Of a DNA stretch of 64,000 nucleotides, positions 58,122 through 64,000 are shown one piece after another (positions within the stretch are counted from its first letter, which is position 1; each line of letters opens with the position of its first letter). The notes below the pieces were generated by a model, which was not told where the DNA came from, did no database searches, and worked only from the letters and a program-made list of their open reading frames with translations. Origin of the DNA: Thermoproteota archaeon (GTDB taxonomy: Archaea > Thermoproteota > Thermoprotei > Thermofilales > B9-G17). Location: positions 352,001 through 416,000 of the forward strand of contig JAPDJW010000002.1 of NCBI GenBank assembly GCA_029258885.1, written 5' to 3'. The position numbers were made by a program, and so were the translations under genes.

Positions 58122-58614
58122 TAGATACAGCAGGTTTATAGGCAGGATAGTTGAAAGAGGCTTTTCTGTAGTAATTTCACATGAAGTAATTGCTCTTGCA
58201 TTAGATAAACATAACCCCTATAGGGATTATGGATTAAAGCTTGTTAATATGATGCTGAGCGAGGAGATCGATTATCATATTCCAGCATGCTTCTTCCATT
58301 ACCTATATTGGTATAGCGTCAATGAGCTCGGCCTTAATAAATTTAAAGTACACGATGCAGTTTCATGCATATTCAAATACATTCCTTCGACTAGAATTCA
58401 CTCAATAGACTTAAGGGTTGAGCTGGAATCTATAAATATATATCACAAAACGAGCCTAGATATCAGTGAGATAGTTTATGTCGCCTTAGCTAAAGTACTT
58501 AATACTAAGTTTATTATCTCTTGTAAACAATCCCTAGATATACCAGATATACTCCGCCTGAACCCGTACCCTGCTTCTGAGAATGAGCTACTGAAGAATA
58601 GGAAGCTACCTTAA
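58105..58614 (+). CDS. Divergent PIN-like protein
   Basis: PIN-like spacing (VVISHEVI, ISEIVYVALAKVL, FIIS) with acidic catalytic residues partly lost. Confidence 0.5.
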   Translation: MEQAFNRYSRFIGRIVERGFSVVISHEVIALALDKHNPYRDYGLKLVNMMLSEEIDYHIPACFFHYLYWYSVNELGLNKFKVHDAVSCIFKYIPSTRIHSIDLRVELESINIYHKTSLDISEIVYVALAKVLNTKFIISCKQSLDIPDILRLNPYPASENELLKNRKLP

Positions 58615-59360
58615 ATTTCAATATATTGTGATCGCAGATATTTCAGCTTGCCGAAGTCGTATATACCTACCTCCGGGTCGACGACATATACTTCGAAGTC
58701 ACTAATATCTATCCTTCTCAGATACGGCGATAACAGTTGCCCGCTATCTAGCTCATTCACACTGGATCCGGGCATTAGCGGCGATAGTGCTGGTAGGATG
58801 ACGACTACTTGATCATTAACCTTACCTTCAAGAATACATTTAAACTTATATTTAATGCCTAGTTCATCTCTAATCGATACTGCTGGATGCTCGTGGCCGA
58901 GAATTATGTATTCATAGTTAGCTGCATCAATAGTTAAATCCTTATGTCCATGAGTGAAGTAATAATTTTCGATAGCATAGAAGGGGTCATATAACTCTAT
59001 TCCTTTACGTTTAAGTATTGGTATTAGAAAGTTATCGTGGTTTCCCCTTACCACAATGATCTCCTTGACGTTTTCCTGGAGAAACTCTATTAGGTCAAGT
59101 ACCTCCGACCACTCCTGTCTAGTTGCTGCGCCGAACTCGTGTTTCACGTCCCCATCTATTATTATCCTGCTGGGATTCGTCTTTTCAACCATCTCCTCTA
59201 CGGCTTCCTTAATCTTAAAGTACTGGCTTTGCGGGAGGTGAATACCCTGTTCTGCTAGCGTCTCCTCATACCCTATATGGAGATCTGCAATTACAAGGGA
59301 ATCTATATCCTCGAGAAATATACCTAACCCTACAATCTTACCATGCTTCATATATAACAT
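58611..59360 (-). CDS. Lhr-associated metallophosphoesterase (calcineurin-like)
   Basis: IADLHIG, DGDVKH, RGNHD, THGH, GHEHP. Confidence 0.9.
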   Translation of the reverse strand: MLYMKHGKIVGLGIFLEDIDSLVIADLHIGYEETLAEQGIHLPQSQYFKIKEAVEEMVEKTNPSRIIIDGDVKHEFGAATRQEWSEVLDLIEFLQENVKEIIVVRGNHDNFLIPILKRKGIELYDPFYAIENYYFTHGHKDLTIDAANYEYIILGHEHPAVSIRDELGIKYKFKCILEGKVNDQVVVILPALSPLMPGSSVNELDSGQLLSPYLRRIDISDFEVYVVDPEVGIYDFGKLKYLRSQYIEI

Positions 59361-59362
59361 GA

Positions 59363-59746
59363 CTATTCCCTAACGCTTTCAATCCATGAAGCATTTAACC
59401 TCAGCATACCATTCTTATATACCTCTTCTACTGCAATGATATATAAAAGCACCTTATGTCTACCTCTTACGGCAAAAAGGCCACGGCGGGTGATAATCCT
59501 CCATACTCCTGATATACCTTTCGACTCCCTGTCAACCAGCGCCGTAACAAATACATACCCTTTTTCAGCAAGTTCCATGGCCTTGCTACGTATGATACCT
59601 TTCTCCTCATCGCTCAACTCGCTTTCCTCTATTTCATCAATAACCTCCTCTAGTGCGTGGGTATATCTCAGTATTTCCTCGTCGCTTGGATTTTCACTAT
59701 TAATATGATTAAAAGGACAAATATATTCTCTAAATACTAAGCTCAT
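59363..59746 (-). CDS. Hypothetical protein
   Basis: Tightly packed between lhr and the phosphoesterase on the same strand. Confidence 0.6.
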   Translation of the reverse strand: MSLVFREYICPFNHINSENPSDEEILRYTHALEEVIDEIEESELSDEEKGIIRSKAMELAEKGYVFVTALVDRESKGISGVWRIITRRGLFAVRGRHKVLLYIIAVEEVYKNGMLRLNASWIESVRE

Positions 59747-59835
59747 ACTCTCAATAATTATATTTTGACATCAAGTTAATTACTCTTTCCGTAAACTCCT
59801 TTATGAATCAAGAATAATACCCTCCTAGCTTTCCT

Positions 59836-62526
59836 TTAAACATCTTTACGCGATCTAAAAGCCCTTGGTATTATGGCTTGACCCATACTTTTTGAGATTC
59901 TAGCCATAATGATTTCATGCAGTCTCTCGAGCACAAGCCGTTTATCTTCCATTAGCACCACATCCGATAGTCCTAGCAACACTATATTATGGCTGAACGG
60001 TGAAGGAACGTCGTTTTCCGGAAGAACAACCACCTTAATATCTCCCCTCTCTATTCTTCTTAGAACTTCCTTTGCATGACGTATATCCATGAAGTCCTCA
60101 AGAATCTCTCTAAAAGTCTCCTTGACTACAGGGAAATCCGGTATGTTTAAACATACCTGAAGCAGCGTTCTAGCCGACAATTGCTGCTTACTGACCTTAA
60201 TTTCATGACCCTTATAGTTTCTAAGTATCATTAGGCTCCTAACTGCAACGTGTCTAAATCTTCTCTGCATTAACTCGGTATTCTTAACAGCTTCCCTTAG
60301 TATACTATCGATGTTATCGGATGTAACGTCGGACAAATTTATTTTAGGCTTAACGTTAGGCGGAAAGATTAATGCGAAGCCGTGGTCGGTGACGGCTATA
60401 CCAACGTTTCTACCAACCTTCCTGCTAGCTACATAGGCATATGCTCTCGATAATGCATCGTTCGTCCTTCTGCCGTGGAGGGAGTGGAATACCACGTAGT
60501 GCCTACCATATTCATCGACATAATTCTCTATTAAAAGCACCTTATCCGATGGATAGTCCTTAATTCCCATGGACTTGAGAAATAGATATTCCTCAAGGAA
60601 GTACTCGTATATCGAGTTAGCGGCATTTAAATCGGTCCTGCAGTTCCTCATAATGTACTTCACTATGTAATCCCTATCCCTACCCTGCTTCAGCATTCTA
60701 AACATTTTCCTCCTAAACTTCCCTATCTCAACTGCTAGATCATAGCTTAACGGCAGCATTTCGGAGAACCAGCTGGGTACTGTAGGCTTGGAGTCGAATG
60801 CTGGTCTAACATAAGCCTTTACTCCACGTGCCTTAACGAATTCGTAGACCTTTCCTCCCAGGACAAACCTATCTCCAGGCATAAGCCTTTCAAGGAATTC
60901 TTCCTCGATATTGCCTACGTACCTGCCACTGAGTGTAAATACCTTTATAGCTACTTCGTCGGGTATGGTGCCCACGTTCAGGGAATATATAACCCTAGCA
61001 TACTTGCCTCGTCTACCGAAGACTCCATCCTCAGGGTCAAACCATATCTTGCCGTAAACCTTGTAGCTTTCAAGTTTCGAGTACCCGCCAGATAGGTATC
61101 TCAGTAGGTTTATGAAATCCTCTCTACTCAAATTACGGTAGCAGTAAGACCTCCTGATAAGCCTTAAAGCTTCATCCACAGTCCACTTCTTCTCTATAGC
61201 CATACCCATTACATGCTGTGCTAGGACGTCAAGGGCGTTCCTTGGGATCTGTATTTTATCAAGCCTACCCCTATATGCCTCCTTAACCATTACAGCACAT
61301 TCCACCAAGTCGTCTCTATCCATACAGATGAGCCTGCCTTTACTCGTAGCATGGAGCTTATGTCCACTTCTACCTATACGCTGAAGACATCTTATTATCG
61401 ACTTAGGTGAACCGAGCTGAGCAACTAAATCGATGTAGCCTATATCTATACCCAATTCAAGCGACGTTGAGCAGACGACACATTTAAGCTCTCCCCTCTT
61501 AAGTTTCTCCTCTACATCCAGCCTAATATTACGTGAAAGCGAACCATGGTGAGCAGCAATCTGGTCCTCATCTATATCTTTAACCTCCTTGGGCATAACC
61601 TGCTTCAAGTGGAAAACTACTCTCTCCGTACCGCTCCTAGTATTAGTAAATACCAGCGTTGTCCTGTGCTTCCTAATGAGATCTAGAAGCATCTCGTACA
61701 TTCTCCTAGACGTCTCAGCCGTCGGCGTATGTATTAGATCGGAGACCGGACATAGAACTTTAATATCCTTCCTCTTAATGTAGCTTGTATCAACGATTAT
61801 ACAGTCTCTAAGCCGTCCATCGTCCCTGTATCCCACAAGGAACTTAGCAACTTCCTCCAGTGGATTTATAGTGGCCGATAGACCTATTCTAACGAAATCT
61901 CTACCGATAAGGTTCACAAGCCTCTCCAGTGAAAGGGTTAAATGAACTCCCCTCTTATTTTCACAGAGCGAGTGTATTTCATCGACAATAACCCATTCAA
62001 TACTCTCGAGCTTCCGCCTAAATTTAGGTGCAACAAGCATTATGGCTAAGGATTCAGGCGTAGTAATGAGGATGTGTGGGGACTCCTTAAGCATCTTCTG
62101 ACGTACGTAAGATGGCGTATCACCCGTCCTAACAGCATGCCTAATCTCAGGCATTTCTATGCCTTTCCTCTCAGCGATTTCCCTAATCTCCCTAAGCGGA
62201 ACTTCAAGGTTCCTGTAGATATCGTTCGACAGCGCCCTGAGCGGTGAAATGTAGAGGGCATAGACCTTATTCTCAAGCTCCCCCCTAGAAGCCATATCGA
62301 AAAGCTTACTCAAAATACTGAGGAAGGCAGTAAGGGTCTTCCCTGTACCCGTGGGACTTGAAACAAGAACATTCTTATTCTCATATATGGGAACTATAGC
62401 ATACTCCTGAGGTGGAGTAAGCTTCTTAAACCTCCTCCCAAACCATTCTGCAACGAGAGGATTAAGTAGCCTTAAAACCTCATCCTTACTGTAACGCCTA
62501 GTAGCATAGGTAATCATTCCAATCAC
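59836..62526 (-). CDS. lhr: Archaeal Lhr SF2 helicase
   Basis: PTGTGKT, SPLRAL, DEIH, SAT, AHHGSL, LELGID, QRIGRSGH. Confidence 0.95.
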   Translation of the reverse strand: MIGMITYATRRYSKDEVLRLLNPLVAEWFGRRFKKLTPPQEYAIVPIYENKNVLVSSPTGTGKTLTAFLSILSKLFDMASRGELENKVYALYISPLRALSNDIYRNLEVPLREIREIAERKGIEMPEIRHAVRTGDTPSYVRQKMLKESPHILITTPESLAIMLVAPKFRRKLESIEWVIVDEIHSLCENKRGVHLTLSLERLVNLIGRDFVRIGLSATINPLEEVAKFLVGYRDDGRLRDCIIVDTSYIKRKDIKVLCPVSDLIHTPTAETSRRMYEMLLDLIRKHRTTLVFTNTRSGTERVVFHLKQVMPKEVKDIDEDQIAAHHGSLSRNIRLDVEEKLKRGELKCVVCSTSLELGIDIGYIDLVAQLGSPKSIIRCLQRIGRSGHKLHATSKGRLICMDRDDLVECAVMVKEAYRGRLDKIQIPRNALDVLAQHVMGMAIEKKWTVDEALRLIRRSYCYRNLSREDFINLLRYLSGGYSKLESYKVYGKIWFDPEDGVFGRRGKYARVIYSLNVGTIPDEVAIKVFTLSGRYVGNIEEEFLERLMPGDRFVLGGKVYEFVKARGVKAYVRPAFDSKPTVPSWFSEMLPLSYDLAVEIGKFRRKMFRMLKQGRDRDYIVKYIMRNCRTDLNAANSIYEYFLEEYLFLKSMGIKDYPSDKVLLIENYVDEYGRHYVVFHSLHGRRTNDALSRAYAYVASRKVGRNVGIAVTDHGFALIFPPNVKPKINLSDVTSDNIDSILREAVKNTELMQRRFRHVAVRSLMILRNYKGHEIKVSKQQLSARTLLQVCLNIPDFPVVKETFREILEDFMDIRHAKEVLRRIERGDIKVVVLPENDVPSPFSHNIVLLGLSDVVLMEDKRLVLERLHEIIMARISKSMGQAIIPRAFRSRKDV

Positions 62527-62590
62527 TATCTATACTACACTCCTAAATGTATCTAACCAGCAGAATAACCAGAGAAATACACCAGCAGAA

Positions 62591-63355
62591 CTATATTAAG
62601 CTTATGCGACGCACGACTTCATCACGCACCTCACTAAACGAAGGCAAAAACTTAACAAGCGGCTTCAGCTCAGAATACCATATACTCTCAATTATCTCTA
62701 TTCTCTTAAACAGTTGTTCTACGTTAAATTTTAAACCGTAGTATCTCAGTTTTTCCTCAATAAGCCATCTTCTAGGCTCAACTTCTCTTCTAAGCAGGAA
62801 CCATAGGTCGTATAGGTCTCTTGCTCTTGCTCGATACATTAAAGCTCTTACTTTCTCAGCTAAAATCTCCTCAGGATGCATAATAACAGCCAAATACGGC
62901 CTAAGATCCATATACAAAGGAACTATCTCCCTCACCACAGGCTTTAGAATAACCCTCTCCCTTAAACTTGCCTCAACCCTTATAGTTGATACCGAAGGTT
63001 CAGTACCGGTGTAAAGCGGTCCATTTATTTTAATGGTTATAGTCCTAGATACCTCGGTTCTCTTCACGGAAAATATCATGGATCGATAGCCGAATAAGGA
63101 TACGTCATCTACAACTTTTCCTAAAATATCCTCAACATCAACCTTGTTGTTCAAAGTAAAATCTAAGTCCAAGCTGAACCTATTTAATCCAAAAGCCTTC
63201 TGAAGTGCAGTACCGCCCTTCAATACAAGTTTTTCACTACCAGACTTACCGAATAAGAGCATGAGGATAAGATGCTGAAGATAATCCTTCTCAACCTGCC
63301 ATAGATTAAAGCCAATTACATCCACGTACCTCATGAGCTCTTTCCTGGTAAGCAT
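62591..63355 (-). CDS. AbiEii-family nucleotidyltransferase toxin (type IV TA)
   Basis: VEKDY, LKGGTAL, RFSLDLDF, EKVRAL, RARDLYDL. Confidence 0.9.
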   Translation of the reverse strand: MLTRKELMRYVDVIGFNLWQVEKDYLQHLILMLLFGKSGSEKLVLKGGTALQKAFGLNRFSLDLDFTLNNKVDVEDILGKVVDDVSLFGYRSMIFSVKRTEVSRTITIKINGPLYTGTEPSVSTIRVEASLRERVILKPVVREIVPLYMDLRPYLAVIMHPEEILAEKVRALMYRARARDLYDLWFLLRREVEPRRWLIEEKLRYYGLKFNVEQLFKRIEIIESIWYSELKPLVKFLPSFSEVRDEVVRRISLI

Positions 63356-64000
63356 TACTCTAGCACCTCATTAATTATAAGCTTCCATTTCTCATCCCTA
63401 CGTCCAACTGGCGGTAGCTGTGGATTCAGCAGACTATATCCCTTGAATTTCATAACCAGCCCTGATGCATCATATCCTGCAAGCTCTAATAGATATCCAA
63501 GTCTCCTAATGATGACCTGCGAGCTCATACGCCTAGCATAGTCAAATAGTTTATCCATATCTAGCTCAGCATTTTTAATAGCATAAAATGTCTCAGATAA
63601 TGGGCAGTATCTCGGTAGCCTAAGGCTATCAAGAATAGCCTTCTCTACTTCAGCAATAAACATAATTTTACTCTCAAGAAACTCCCGCTTATAGCCGAAG
63701 AATGCCTTATTCCCGAATTTAACGAATTTAATCAGGTAACCGGAGTATTCAATACTCCCCCTTCTTCTCAAACATACAACGTATATTATGTTAGGCATCT
63801 GTAGCGTTAAATTGTAGTAGCTTAGAGCTGAAATGAAGGAAATATATGAGGGAAAGACGATATTGCTTGCAACTAATAGAGGATTTGTATCTTTAAGAAC
63901 ATATCTATTCCTCTCGACCCTCACTAGTAAACCGGAGTTTACAGCCCTGGAAAGAAATACCTTAATATAGCTCCTCCTATGTCCCGTTATCTTGGATATA
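63355..64000 (-). CDS. AbiEi-family antitoxin (5' end beyond the window)
   Basis: PSYISFISALSYY, EKAILD, RRLGYLL; frame stays open from GTG 63924 to the window edge. Confidence 0.85.
   Translation of the reverse strand, partial: ISKITGHRRSYIKVFLSRAVNSGLLVRVERNRYVLKDTNPLLVASNIVFPSYISFISALSYYNLTLQMPNIIYVVCLRRRGSIEYSGYLIKFVKFGNKAFFGYKREFLESKIMFIAEVEKAILDSLRLPRYCPLSETFYAIKNAELDMDKLFDYARRMSSQVIIRRLGYLLELAGYDASGLVMKFKGYSLLNPQLPPVGRRDEKWKLIINEVLE

Overview
Chromosomal window from an archaeon, most likely a thermophilic TACK-lineage organism. That placement is inferred from RbkR-type riboflavin kinase, Dph2, XerA, an A1Ao ATP synthase with a Sulfolobus-like gene order, archaeal Lhr and GGAGGTG/GGTGA ribosome-binding sites. 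Layout: 1-10.3 kb housekeeping genes; 10.4-31.3 kb an accessory region (two VapBC pairs, methyltransferases, decayed GH29, PhoU and AAA_14 relics, heptad-repeat protein); 31.5-53.3 kb an energy cluster (complete A1Ao ATP synthase, HycI protease, 12-gene complex-I-like group 4 [NiFe]-hydrogenase, hypE/hypA/ATPase-type hypB/hypC); 53.3-64 kb transporters, toxin-antitoxin modules and Lhr. The main discovery is a compact 9,041-bp integrated element, probably a provirus, between two 13-bp direct repeats (ATAGTTGAGACTA at 15413-15425 and 24454-24466). It has inserted into, and split, a Schlafen/AlbA_2-HATPase-wHTH gene rather than a tRNA. It encodes a tyrosine integrase, an Hjc-like resolvase (apparently frameshifted), two paralogous two-helix hydrophobic proteins resembling spindle-shaped-virus capsid proteins, a ~920-960 aa coiled-coil protein, an MCM-like AAA+ helicase whose 3' end carries a dense iteron-like repeat cluster, and wHTH/AbrB regulators. 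No tRNA, rRNA or CRISPR array was seen. All family assignments come from recognising motifs by eye, not from database searches.
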